From Bacteroidota bacterium (GTDB taxonomy: Bacteria; Bacteroidota; Bacteroidia; 2-12-FULL-35-15), in NCBI GenBank assembly GCA_025963725.1, contig JAOQAE010000002.1, positions 1,115,765 through 1,179,764 of the forward strand: a DNA stretch of 64,000 bases, read 5' to 3'. The stretch's first letter is position 1. Each line of letters begins with the position of its first letter. The notes beneath the pieces are model-generated. The model did no database searches and was not told the origin of the DNA. It was given only the letters and a program-made list of their open reading frames with translations. Position numbers and translations under genes: made by a program. Positions 7,881-16,520 of this stretch are shown here, in pieces.

Positions 7881-9266
7881 ATGACTTACGATCTAATAGT
7901 AGTAGGAAGCGGTCCGGGCGGATACGTAGCGGCCATCAGGGCATCACAGCTGGGACTTAAAACGGCGATCATCGAGCGCGAAAACCTTGGCGGGATCTGC
8001 CTCAACTGGGGATGCATCCCTACAAAAGCACTGCTGAAAAGCGCACAGGTATTCGAATACCTTAACCATGCCTCCGATTACGGCATCACCGTGAAAGGCG
8101 GGGAAGCCGATTTCGGCGCTGTTGTGAAACGCAGCCGCGATGTGGCGGATGGAATGAGTAAAGGCGTTCAGTTCCTCATGAAAAAGAACAAGATCGACGT
8201 GATCAGCGGAACCGGCAAGATCAAGCCGGGCAAAAAAGTGGAAGTGACTGCCGACGGTAAATCAACTATCTACGAGGCTAAACATATTATCATTGCTACA
8301 GGTGCACGTTCACGCGCATTGCCAAACCTGCCGCAGGACGGCAAAAAGATCATCGGTTACCGCGAAGCGCTGACCCTGCCGAAAATGCCGAAATCGATGC
8401 TCGTTGTGGGCTCGGGCGCTATCGGAAGCGAGTTCGCTTATTTCTACGCAACGATGGGAACAAAAGTAACGCTGGTGGAATTCATGCCGAGCATTGTGCC
8501 TGTTGAAGATGCGGAAGTTTCCAAACAGCTGGAGCGCTCCTTCAAAAAGATCGGCATCGATGTAATGGTTGAATCGAGCGTGGAAAGCGTTGATACGAAA
8601 GGCAGCGAATGCAAAGTAAAGATCAAGACCAAAACGGGTGAAAAAACAGTGGACGCGGAGATCGTATTATCTGCTGTAGGCATCCAGGCCAACATCGAGA
8701 ACTTAGGATTGGAAGAAACAGGCATCGCTACCGACAAAGGCAAGATCCTGACCAACCCATACTACCAGACAAACATCCCGGGATATTATGCGATCGGCGA
8801 TTGTGTAGGCGGCCAAGCGCTTGCTCACGTTGCTTCCGCAGAAGGGATCATCTGCGTGGAAAAAATAGCGGGACACAACCCTGAACCATTGGATTATAAC
8901 AACATACCGGGATGTACTTACTGCCAGCCGGAAATTGCATCTGTCGGCATGACGGAAGCAAAAGCAAAAGAAGCAGGCAGGGAGATCAAGATCGGGAAAT
9001 TCCCATTCTCTGCAAGCGGTAAAGCAAGCGCTGCCGGTGCCAAAGACGGCTTCGTTAAGCTGATCTTCGATGCGAAATACGGCGAATTGCTGGGCGCCCA
9101 CATGATCGGTGCAAACGTTACGGAAATGATCGCCGAGATCGTTGCCATCCGTAAGCTGGAAACTACCGGCCACGAGATCATCAAAACCGTGCACCCTCAC
9201 CCAACCATGAGCGAAGCTATCATGGAAGCCGCTGCTGCTGCGTATGGGGAAGTGATCCACATGTAA
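7881..9266 (+). CDS. lpdA: Dihydrolipoyl dehydrogenase (E3 component)
   Basis: MTYDLIVVGSGPGGYVAAIRASQLG FAD fold, the GGICLNWGCIPTKALL redox-active disulfide motif, and a C-terminal HPHPT interface motif. Confidence 0.95.
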   Translation: MTYDLIVVGSGPGGYVAAIRASQLGLKTAIIERENLGGICLNWGCIPTKALLKSAQVFEYLNHASDYGITVKGGEADFGAVVKRSRDVADGMSKGVQFLMKKNKIDVISGTGKIKPGKKVEVTADGKSTIYEAKHIIIATGARSRALPNLPQDGKKIIGYREALTLPKMPKSMLVVGSGAIGSEFAYFYATMGTKVTLVEFMPSIVPVEDAEVSKQLERSFKKIGIDVMVESSVESVDTKGSECKVKIKTKTGEKTVDAEIVLSAVGIQANIENLGLEETGIATDKGKILTNPYYQTNIPGYYAIGDCVGGQALAHVASAEGIICVEKIAGHNPEPLDYNNIPGCTYCQPEIASVGMTEAKAKEAGREIKIGKFPFSASGKASAAGAKDGFVKLIFDAKYGELLGAHMIGANVTEMIAEIVAIRKLETTGHEIIKTVHPHPTMSEAIMEAAAAAYGEVIHM

Positions 9267-9304
9267 GAGTACAGATAACGAATTATACGAATATTACGAA
9301 TCTG

Positions 9305-9337
9305 AACCCGGTAGAAATGCCGGGTTTATTTTTTTTG
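9305..9337 (+). terminator. Rho-independent terminator
   Basis: aacccgg-tagaaatg-ccgggtt stem followed by attttttttt. Confidence 0.8.
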
Positions 9338-9340
9338 CGC

Positions 9341-9385
9341 CGTCATTTCGAGTTCGACCGAAGGGAGAGTATCGAGAAAGCGCGG
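9341..9385 (+). repeat. Family B repeat unit
   Basis: cgtcatttcgagttcgaccgaagggagagtatcgagaaagcg. Nearly identical to 22592-22636. Confidence 0.75.
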
Positions 9386-9461
9386 AGGCTTAGCAATGAT
9401 AAAAGAATGCTGTCTGTGTTTCGAATAAGATCCCTCGGGCAGGCTCGGGATGGCAACGGCC

Positions 9462-9794
9462 CTAATGCGCATCAAAATAAAACCGCGAATTATCCTTTGA
9501 ATGGATCTTGTTCTCCACAAGCTTTATAGCCTGCTGAAGCAATTCCTCCGGAAGTTCGGCGGCGGGAAGATCTTGCAAAAGTTGCAGCATTCCGGGAAGC
9601 ACATTCTTATCCTGCAGGTATCCCTGGCTTTCAAACGCGATGAAGCTCCTGTTCACTGCATGGTACACGATCACATAAAAGCTTCCTTCATGCTCCAGCT
9701 CGTTAACATGATCGATGCTGTAATCGCCGGGAAGCGCATTTGCCTGCTCAAGCAGAAAATAAATAGCGTGACTGTCGTTGATGACCTTGTTCAT
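9462..9794 (-). CDS. Hypothetical protein (110 aa)
   Basis: Preferred over the overlapping plus-strand ORF 9501-9809 on amino-acid composition. It is divergent from the 9857 gene. Confidence 0.5.
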   Translation of the reverse strand: MNKVINDSHAIYFLLEQANALPGDYSIDHVNELEHEGSFYVIVYHAVNRSFIAFESQGYLQDKNVLPGMLQLLQDLPAAELPEELLQQAIKLVENKIHSKDNSRFYFDAH

Positions 9795-9841
9795 TGTTCA
9801 CAAATTTAAGCAGCTGCCCGGGAAAGTGATGAATATTCTTT

Positions 9842-9849
9842 TATTTTTG
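9842..9849 (+). promoter_or_regulatory. Putative -7 box TATTTTTG
   Basis: Matches the Bacteroidota sigma-A TAnnTTTG consensus. Only 7 nt lie between the box and the ATG at 9857. Confidence 0.4.
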
Positions 9850-9856
9850 TTAGGAC

Positions 9857-11269
9857 ATGAAGCTCTTCAGAAAATTCCAATACCTGGTGATCGGCAGGCT
9901 GCTTTCGCACACCGATGATGTTTTTGAAAAAGCAAGGATCAACGTGCTTTTTAACTTTGTGCTCCTGTTCATCTTACTGAATATTCCCTACACACTTCAA
10001 ACGCTCAGCAACGGAAACCTCTTTCATTTTTTCCTCGCCAGCCTCACCACCACTGCCCTCTTAGCCAGCCTAATCATCCTGAGAAGATCGGACACTGTGA
10101 AATGGGCGGTTTACTTTTATGTGCTGAACCACACCATCCAGATCGTATCACACTTCCTGATCAACAACGGCCGCATGGAGATGCAGGGCACTTCCTTCCT
10201 GATCCTTTACGTCCTCTTTGGTTATGTAATGCTCGGCAGGGACTGGGGGCGCCTGCTTACCCTGTTTGCCGTGCTGATGATGTTCACGGGCATTTACAAC
10301 ATGAACACCGGCTTCAGCCTGTTCCGCTTTCCGGATTCCTATGCCGATACCAGCAGCCCTGAGCTCCGTTACCTCGTGGTGATCCCCGTACTGCTGAACA
10401 TTTACCTCATCAGTGAATTTGTAAAGGCGCGGTATAAGGCGGAAAAGCAGATCGATGAACAGAAGCTTAGGCTCGAGGCGAACAACAAGGAGCTGGAGTC
10501 GAAGAACGAGGATATTCTCTCGAGCATTAATTATGCGAAGCGCATTCAGCAGGCGATCCTTCCCACGGATGACACCATTCAGCGCGGCATCCCGCTCTCA
10601 TTTATCCTCTATAAGCCACGCGATATTGTAAGCGGCGATTTCTACTGGTTCAGCAACCTTGATGATGATTCTTATATTATTGTCGCTGCCGACTGCACAG
10701 GCCACGGTGTTCCGGGCGCTTTCATGACGGTGATCGGGAGCAACCTCCTGACACAGATCATTTCTGAGAACAATGTAACCGCGCCGTCAGTCATCATGTC
10801 GGAAATGGACAATCATATCACAGCCACGCTGAAGCAGGAGAAGCAGCATTACCAGATCATCCAGGACGGCATGGACCTTTCACTGCTGAAGGTGAATAAA
10901 AAACAAAATGAGTTTATCTATACAAGCGCAAAGCGTCCCGCGATCTTTATCCGCGACAAGCAGATCAAAGAGTTCAAAGGCAGCAAAAGTTCGCTGGGCG
11001 GACTGCGCATGGAGGAAAAGCAGTTTGATGAGATCAGCATGAAGTACGAGAAAGGCGATATGATCTACCTCTTTACCGATGGCTATATCGACCAGTTCGG
11101 CGGAAATGATAATAAAAAATTCATGATCAAACGGCTGCGTGAGCTGCTGCTGGAAATTCATTTGTTTCCAGTTGCAGAGCAAAAGCAAAAGCTCGATGCC
11201 GCCATCACTTCCTGGATCGGGAAGAATGAGCAGACCGATGATATTTTAATTATGGGGATCAGATTTTAG
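9857..11269 (+). CDS. Membrane-anchored PP2C/SpoIIE-family serine phosphatase
   Basis: Hydrophobic multi-TM N-terminal half, a coiled linker, then SINYAKRIQQAILP ... SGDFYWF ... AADCTGHGVPGAFM ... TDG..DQ, typical of SpoIIE/RsbU-type PPM domains. Confidence 0.85.
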   Translation: MKLFRKFQYLVIGRLLSHTDDVFEKARINVLFNFVLLFILLNIPYTLQTLSNGNLFHFFLASLTTTALLASLIILRRSDTVKWAVYFYVLNHTIQIVSHFLINNGRMEMQGTSFLILYVLFGYVMLGRDWGRLLTLFAVLMMFTGIYNMNTGFSLFRFPDSYADTSSPELRYLVVIPVLLNIYLISEFVKARYKAEKQIDEQKLRLEANNKELESKNEDILSSINYAKRIQQAILPTDDTIQRGIPLSFILYKPRDIVSGDFYWFSNLDDDSYIIVAADCTGHGVPGAFMTVIGSNLLTQIISENNVTAPSVIMSEMDNHITATLKQEKQHYQIIQDGMDLSLLKVNKKQNEFIYTSAKRPAIFIRDKQIKEFKGSKSSLGGLRMEEKQFDEISMKYEKGDMIYLFTDGYIDQFGGNDNKKFMIKRLRELLLEIHLFPVAEQKQKLDAAITSWIGKNEQTDDILIMGIRF

Positions 11270-11280
11270 GTACAGATCGC

Positions 11281-11436
11281 GAATCTATTACGGAGAGGCA
11301 TCACAAAACTTAACGTCATCCCGTGCCACGACACGGGATCTGTCAATTAACAATATGAATCTTACTACGGAGTGAACATCACAAAACTGAACGTCATCCC
11401 GTGCCACGACACGGGATCTGCTAATTAGAACAATAT
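11281..11436 (+). repeat. Two tandem units of about 78 bp from repeat family A (TACGGAG box plus CGTCATCCCGTGCCACGACACGGGATCTG hairpin)
   Basis: Units are at 11281-11356 and 11357-11436. Each ends in caatATGAATCTTA, so the start codon and first codons of the GIY-YIG gene are duplicated. Confidence 0.85.
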
Positions 11437-11740
11437 GAATCTTAACAAAGCTTACGTTTACATTCTGTCAAATAAAAACAGAACGGTACTTTACATTGGC
11501 GTGACCAACGACCTCGAACGAAGAATCAATGAGCATCGGCAGGGTACAGGTTCCGCCTTCACTAAAAGATACAATGTACATGAATTAGTCTATTATGAGA
11601 TTCACTCTAACATAGAACAGGCAATAGCGAGGGAGAAGCAACTGAAAGAATGGAAGAGAAACTGGAAATTGGAATTAATTAAAACCCTAAATGCTGAAAT
11701 GCTTGATTTAGCAACAGATTGGGTTTTACAAGATTCGTAA
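11435..11740 (+). CDS. GIY-YIG nuclease family protein (UPF0213-like, 101 aa)
   Basis: YVYILSNKNRTVLYIGVTNDLERRINEH carries the GIY..YIG..R..EH signature. KREKQLKEW is the conserved C-terminal motif. Confidence 0.85.
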   Translation: MNLNKAYVYILSNKNRTVLYIGVTNDLERRINEHRQGTGSAFTKRYNVHELVYYEIHSNIEQAIAREKQLKEWKRNWKLELIKTLNAEMLDLATDWVLQDS

Positions 11741-11746
11741 ACTATG

Positions 11747-11990
11747 AACAGATCCCGTGTCCCCGGATCAAGTCCGGGGCAGGCGTGGCACGGGATGACG
11801 AATACCTTATGAGTTTTCTCCGTACTTAAAAATCGCTTTAGTCTAATCAACAGATCCCGTGTCGGAGCACGGGATGACGAATACCTTATGAGTTTTCTCC
11901 GTATTTAAAAATCGCTCATTCTAATCAACAGATCCCGTGTCGGGGCACGGGATGACGGATGATTTATGAGTTTTCTCCGTATTTAACACA
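11747..11990 (-). repeat. Three tandem family A units, inverted relative to 11281-11436
   Basis: Units are at 11747-11848 (with the nested CCCCGGA hairpin), 11849-11926 and 11927-11990. The reverse complement reads TACGGAGAAAACTCATAAGGTATTCGTCATCCCGTGCTCCGACACGGGATCTGTT. Confidence 0.85.
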
Positions 11991-13196
11991 TCATAAATTC
12001 CTTCTCAGCTTCGCCATATAAAACCCATCATACCCTTCGCTCGGCATGATATTGCGCTCCTCCATAAATTCGAAGCCCTTATTTTTTTCGAGGAACAACT
12101 TCACCTGCTCATTGTTCTCTCCCGGAAGAATACTGCAGGTGGCATACACCATGATTCCGCCCGGCCTGAGCATCTGTGAATAATTGCTGATGATCTCCTG
12201 CTGTGTCCTTTTTACCTCCTCGATAAATTCAGCGCTGAGCTTCCATTTGGCATCCGGGTTCCTGCGGAGCACACCCAAACCCGAGCACGGAACATCCAGC
12301 AACAGCCTGTCGGCAGAGCCTTTCAGCTGAGATACAACCTGCGGATTGACTTTCTTTGTTTTAATGATCTTCGCTCCTGCCCTGTCGGCGCGCCTTTGCA
12401 GCTCAGTTAATTTCCGCTCCTCCACATCCATGGAAATGATATTGCCCTTGTTCTTCATCATCGCGGCAATGTGCAGCGACTTCCCTCCTGCCCCTGCGCA
12501 GGCATCGATCACCTGCATGCCCTGCAGCAGTTCCATGTATGGCGCGATCAGCTGCGAAGAGGCATCCTGCACTTCGAACAGGCCTTTCTCATATTCCTTC
12601 AGCGATTGAAGATGCTGCCGCTTTAACAGGATGAGCGCATCGGGATAAGCTGCATCCTTTTTCGTTTCAATGCCGCTCTTCCGTAACTGCAGCTGCAAAT
12701 CATCGGCTGTTGTTTTCAGTGTGTTCGCGCGAAGCACAACCTCTGCTTCCTTATTCAGCTCATGCAATTCCTTTCCCCAGCCCTCTCCCAGCTCCCTGCT
12801 TCCCATCTCATCCAGCCAGTCGGGAATAGATTCGCCGATCTTACGCACCGTTTTCAATTCGTTTATTCTTTCATTCACTGCAGCCGCATCAATGAATGAA
12901 AATTCTTCCCAATCGGGAAGCGCTTCACCTTTGATCAGCAGCCAGGTTCCGAAGAGATTAAAATAATCGGCACGATACGTTGCTTCCGTGGCTTCGTTGA
13001 CCAATCGCCACCAGCGTACCATTCCGTACACATTTTCAGCAATAAAGCGCCTGTCGCGGGAGCCGAAGCGGCTGTTTTGCTTCAGCGCCTGCTCCACAGC
13101 CTTATCGGCATACATGCCTCCTGAAAAAATAGCCTTCAGTGTTTCTGTTACGGCAAATACAAGTGTTCGGTGCAGCTTCATCGGTTTGCTTTCCAT
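11991..13196 (-). CDS. rsmB: 16S rRNA (cytosine-C5)-methyltransferase, RsmB/Sun (NOL1/NOP2) family
   Basis: NusB-like N-terminus, DACAGAGGKS SAM motif, and LLDVPCSGLGVLRRNPD plus YATCS catalytic Cys motifs. Confidence 0.85.
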   Translation of the reverse strand: MESKPMKLHRTLVFAVTETLKAIFSGGMYADKAVEQALKQNSRFGSRDRRFIAENVYGMVRWWRLVNEATEATYRADYFNLFGTWLLIKGEALPDWEEFSFIDAAAVNERINELKTVRKIGESIPDWLDEMGSRELGEGWGKELHELNKEAEVVLRANTLKTTADDLQLQLRKSGIETKKDAAYPDALILLKRQHLQSLKEYEKGLFEVQDASSQLIAPYMELLQGMQVIDACAGAGGKSLHIAAMMKNKGNIISMDVEERKLTELQRRADRAGAKIIKTKKVNPQVVSQLKGSADRLLLDVPCSGLGVLRRNPDAKWKLSAEFIEEVKRTQQEIISNYSQMLRPGGIMVYATCSILPGENNEQVKLFLEKNKGFEFMEERNIMPSEGYDGFYMAKLRRNL

Positions 13197-13201
13197 AGAT
13201 G

Positions 13202-13209
13202 CAAAAGTA
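13202..13209 (-). promoter_or_regulatory. Putative -7 box TACTTTTG (minus strand)
   Basis: TAnnTTTG match 5 nt upstream of the rsmB ATG at 13196. Confidence 0.35.
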
Positions 13210-13296
13210 TTGTTTTTTAAGACAGAATCACAGCCCCTTAATAGCGTAAATTCAGGGATTCATCTAAATCCTTTTTCCTGCGCCATTTTGTTTAAT

Positions 13297-13304
13297 TACC
13301 TTTG
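13297..13304 (+). promoter_or_regulatory. Putative -7 box TACCTTTG
   Basis: TAnnTTTG match 7 nt upstream of the ATG at 13312. Confidence 0.4.
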
Positions 13305-13311
13305 TATCCGC

Positions 13312-13710
13312 ATGAACAGGCTTTTTAATCATTCTTTCCTCTACCGGTCCGGCGCCACATTTATGGCCTGCATGATCCTCTTCACGCAAACAGAATTAAG
13401 CCAGTTTATGAAGCTTCCTGTTTTGCTCAAACATTATTCGGAGCATCAGCAAAAAGATCCGGCGCTCTCTGTTCTGAAATTCATCGCCATGCATTATTAT
13501 GGCAATGATATGGACGACAGCGATAATGCCACCGATGCAAATCTGCCATTCAAAACGCATACTGCACCGGCTTCCTTTCACTGTGTGCTGCAGCCGGGCA
13601 TTTCCGGCATTTTCATCAATGAGCTGAATCGCGTCCAGCCTTTCGACGCTTATTCATTTTTCAAGCCTCAGCAAACCGCTTTCGACATCTGGCAGCCGCC
13701 AAGGATCTAA
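13312..13710 (+). CDS. Hypothetical protein (132 aa)
   Basis: ORF 12988-13710 trimmed to the internal ATG at 13312, because the upstream part is antisense to rsmB. N-terminal hydrophobic segment. No motif recognised. Confidence 0.55.
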   Translation: MNRLFNHSFLYRSGATFMACMILFTQTELSQFMKLPVLLKHYSEHQQKDPALSVLKFIAMHYYGNDMDDSDNATDANLPFKTHTAPASFHCVLQPGISGIFINELNRVQPFDAYSFFKPQQTAFDIWQPPRI

Positions 13711-13797
13711 GCTCTCCGGTTATTCATTTTTTATGCCGCATGATCAGCACGTTCATGCGCTGCCTTGTATTTACAACATTCATTTAAAAATTCTATT

Positions 13798-15792
13798 ATG
13801 AAAAAGATCATTTTTCCATTTCTCATCCTGTTATTCACTGCGCTTTCGCTGAATGCGCAACACTGGACCGGCAGCATCAGCTCCGACTGGAACAACTCCG
13901 CTAACTGGTCGGCCTGGCCGCTTAACGGCGACAACATTACCATTGATCCGCTTACATACTCCGGTATAGCGGCATCTCCCGTTATTTCTTCCGCATCTGT
14001 TTTCACACCCGATAAGATCACGATACAGAATGGCGCTGTGCTCGGCATCCAGAATAATCTAAGCACCGGTGACGATATCAACATCCTCGGCACAGGCACG
14101 CAAGTGAACATCAGCGGCGGCATCATCAATGTGGCACCCGGAAACAATGGCCGCTTCATTATTTCGGATGGCGCAGCCGTTAACATGAGCAATGGAACGC
14201 TCAATGCCGATCAGCGTTTGCTGGTAGAGCTGGGCGGCATTTTTACGCTCAATGGCGGACAGGTTAACGTAGGCGAAGTGCTTGCATTGTCTGATGGAAA
14301 CATTGACGGAAGCAGCCTTTTCAACATGAGCGGGGGAACTGTTACAACCGGCGTGGAGCTTGCTTTTGAAAATGAGCTTGGCCTGTACTTTCCCACTTTT
14401 AATATGTCGGCGGGAACACTCACCGTGAATGGTGATGTTACATGGTTTGGAACCGCACCCGGCTCAGGCGCAGCCCGGCTAATCAGCACGGGCGGGAATG
14501 TTGCCATCACCGGAAATGTGCTGAACATGCCGGCAAGCACTATGAATCTTTACATCCACGCAGGCGGCACTGCCGCTATCGGTATCAGCGGCACACTGAT
14601 CGATATGAACCAGGCAGCCGACACGCTGCTTCAATCGGGGAACTCATCAATTACACTGAATGGCACGAACAGCTGGAACAACGATGGCACTGTGCTTTCC
14701 GAAGCTAATACATTCTTCAGCGGCAACAGCACGCTCACAGGAACAGGCAGCTATGTATTTCACAACCTCACTGTTTCAACGCTGAGATCATTGACCCATA
14801 CAGCGCCGGCAACAATAACAATTACCGGCGATTTTATGAACAACGGTACATTCAATGCAGGTTCAAACGGGGTTATCTTCGCAGGCGCTGTTCCACAAAC
14901 CATCGGCGGAAGCTCCTCTACCGCCTTTCACAACTTAACGGCCGATCATTCATCAACAGGTATTACGCTGAATGCCGCTCAAAGCGTAAGCGGAACACTC
15001 ACGCTTATGAATGGCATTCTTTTCACCAGCGCAACAAACCTGCTGACACTTGCCGATAATGCAACATCCACGGCGGGATCCGACAGCAGCTATGTGAACG
15101 GCCCGATGAAAAAAACAGGAAATGATGCGTTTGTTTTTCCCACAGGAAAGAATGGAAAATGGCGCAGGCTCGCAATGGCAGCGCCTTTGAACACAGCAGC
15201 AGAATTCACTGTCGAGTATTTCGACAATGGCCATCCGGCCACCGGCCCGCTAACTGCACCGCTCACCCGTATAAGCACACAGGAATACTGGAGCGTTGAA
15301 CAGTCGGTGACGAACGATCCGTATCATGTTGAACTCTACTGGGAGGATGCTTCCATGAGCGGCATTTCCTGCAGCGATCTTACCATGGCACATTGGGACG
15401 GAACTGCCTGGACAGGCATTGCTTCCACACCTTCAGGAACCTGCAGCGGCAGCGGGAACGGGATCCTTTCAGCCGATACGCTGATTGCCAGCAACGGCGC
15501 CTTTACATTCGGGTCAACAGCTGTAACAACCGGGATCAGCAGCGCTGAGGCGAAAGAAAAGCCCATGCAAATATATCCGAACCCCGCCTCTTCCGCAGGA
15601 GATCTTATTATCAGCGTTCCCTTTTCAATTGAAAGGATCGAGATCCGCGACCTTAGCGGGAGGATCGTATTGCAGCGCGATGAGCTTAGCTCAGGCAGGC
15701 TGCAGCTGAACAATGCACTCAGCCCCGGAATGTACTGCATCATTGTAAATGGCAGGACGCAGCAATCGGCACAGCAGCTGATCATCCGCTAA
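13798..15792 (+). CDS. Secreted repeat protein with a type-A T9SS C-terminal sorting domain
   Basis: Trimmed to the ATG at 13798 (signal MKKIIFPFLILLFTALSLNAQ). Gly/Asn/Thr-rich beta-helix-like repeats. C-terminus IYPNPASSAGDLII...GMYCIIVNG...QLIIR resembles a Por_Secre_tail domain. Confidence 0.8.
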   Translation: MKKIIFPFLILLFTALSLNAQHWTGSISSDWNNSANWSAWPLNGDNITIDPLTYSGIAASPVISSASVFTPDKITIQNGAVLGIQNNLSTGDDINILGTGTQVNISGGIINVAPGNNGRFIISDGAAVNMSNGTLNADQRLLVELGGIFTLNGGQVNVGEVLALSDGNIDGSSLFNMSGGTVTTGVELAFENELGLYFPTFNMSAGTLTVNGDVTWFGTAPGSGAARLISTGGNVAITGNVLNMPASTMNLYIHAGGTAAIGISGTLIDMNQAADTLLQSGNSSITLNGTNSWNNDGTVLSEANTFFSGNSTLTGTGSYVFHNLTVSTLRSLTHTAPATITITGDFMNNGTFNAGSNGVIFAGAVPQTIGGSSSTAFHNLTADHSSTGITLNAAQSVSGTLTLMNGILFTSATNLLTLADNATSTAGSDSSYVNGPMKKTGNDAFVFPTGKNGKWRRLAMAAPLNTAAEFTVEYFDNGHPATGPLTAPLTRISTQEYWSVEQSVTNDPYHVELYWEDASMSGISCSDLTMAHWDGTAWTGIASTPSGTCSGSGNGILSADTLIASNGAFTFGSTAVTTGISSAEAKEKPMQIYPNPASSAGDLIISVPFSIERIEIRDLSGRIVLQRDELSSGRLQLNNALSPGMYCIIVNGRTQQSAQQLIIR

Positions 15793-15813
15793 AAGACAAC
15801 AACACTTTTTTCT

Positions 15814-15850
15814 GCAAGCCTGCGTTTAAAAAGCGCGGGCTTGCTTTTTG
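15814..15850 (+). terminator. Rho-independent terminator
   Basis: gcaagcctgcg-tttaaaaag-cgcgggcttgc stem followed by ttttt. Confidence 0.7.
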
Positions 15851-15886
15851 CCTTTGCTACTGATTCCAAATAAGAAATAATTTTCG

Positions 15887-15894
15887 TATTTTTG
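15887..15894 (+). promoter_or_regulatory. Putative -7 box TATTTTTG
   Basis: TAnnTTTG match 5 nt upstream of the recR ATG. Confidence 0.4.
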
Positions 15895-15899
15895 AGCTT

Positions 15900-16520
15900 A
15901 TGAATTTCTCCTCCAAACTTATAGAAGACGCTGTTAACGAGTTCAGCAAGCTGCCGGGCGTTGGCAAACGCACAGCGCTCCGCTTTGTGCTGCACCTGAT
16001 GAAACAGAGCCCGGACGAGGTTAGCCAATTCAGCACCGCCTTTACACGGCTGCGCCAGGAGCTGCGCTACTGCGCAAAATGCCACAATGTATCCGACAAG
16101 CCTTTGTGCGATGTTTGCCTGAACCCGCACCGCGATCACAGCACCGTATGCGTGGTGGAGGACATCCGCGACGTAATGGCAATTGAAAACACACAGCAAT
16201 ACAGGGGCGTTTACCATGTGCTCAACGGGATCATCTCCCCGATGGATGGCATCGGCCCTTCCGACCTTACCATTGAATCGCTCGTGCAGAAGGTGGCCGC
16301 AGGTGAGATCAAGGAGATCATTATGGCACTGAGCACCACCATGGAAGGCGACACCACTAATTTCTACATCTACAAACGACTGAAAGAATACAGCCTTACC
16401 GTAAGCACCATCGCCCGCGGCATTGCGATCGGCGATGAGCTGGAATACGCCGACGAGGTTACCCTGGGACGCTCCATCATCAACCGAACCCCTTACGAAA
16501 ACTCGTTAATGATTAAATGA
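15900..16520 (+). CDS. recR: Recombination protein RecR
   Basis: [13 protein letters not shown] helix-hairpin-helix, the [16 protein letters not shown] zinc finger, and a Toprim region. Confidence 0.95.
   Translation: MNFSSKLIEDAVNEFSKLPGVGKRTALRFVLHLMKQSPDEVSQFSTAFTRLRQELRYCAKCHNVSDKPLCDVCLNPHRDHSTVCVVEDIRDVMAIENTQQYRGVYHVLNGIISPMDGIGPSDLTIESLVQKVAAGEIKEIIMALSTTMEGDTTNFYIYKRLKEYSLTVSTIARGIAIGDELEYADEVTLGRSIINRTPYENSLMIK

Noticed and set aside
9501-9809. Plus-strand 102-aa ORF overlapping the minus-strand 110-aa ORF.
   Set aside because: The minus-strand translation has a more protein-like composition and sits in a sensible divergent arrangement with the 9857 gene. The call remains low confidence.
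11281-11990. CRISPR-like appearance: a palindromic core of about 28 bp recurring every 75-100 bp.
   Set aside because: The sequences between the cores are homologous to one another, so the whole unit of about 78 bp repeats and there are no unique spacers. The two arrays are in opposite orientation. No cas genes are present.
12988-13311. N-terminal extensions of track ORFs: 12988-13710, 41504-42508, 60404-61369, 61797-62408, 2072-3520, 13765-15792, 27122-28399 and 58645-60162.
   Set aside because: The extensions overlap neighbouring genes or lack protein-like sequence. Internal ATGs give canonical N-termini (signal peptides, a Rossmann GxGxxG, the CoaD MKRIAIFPGSFDP). They are often preceded by a TAnnTTTG box or form ATGA coupling.
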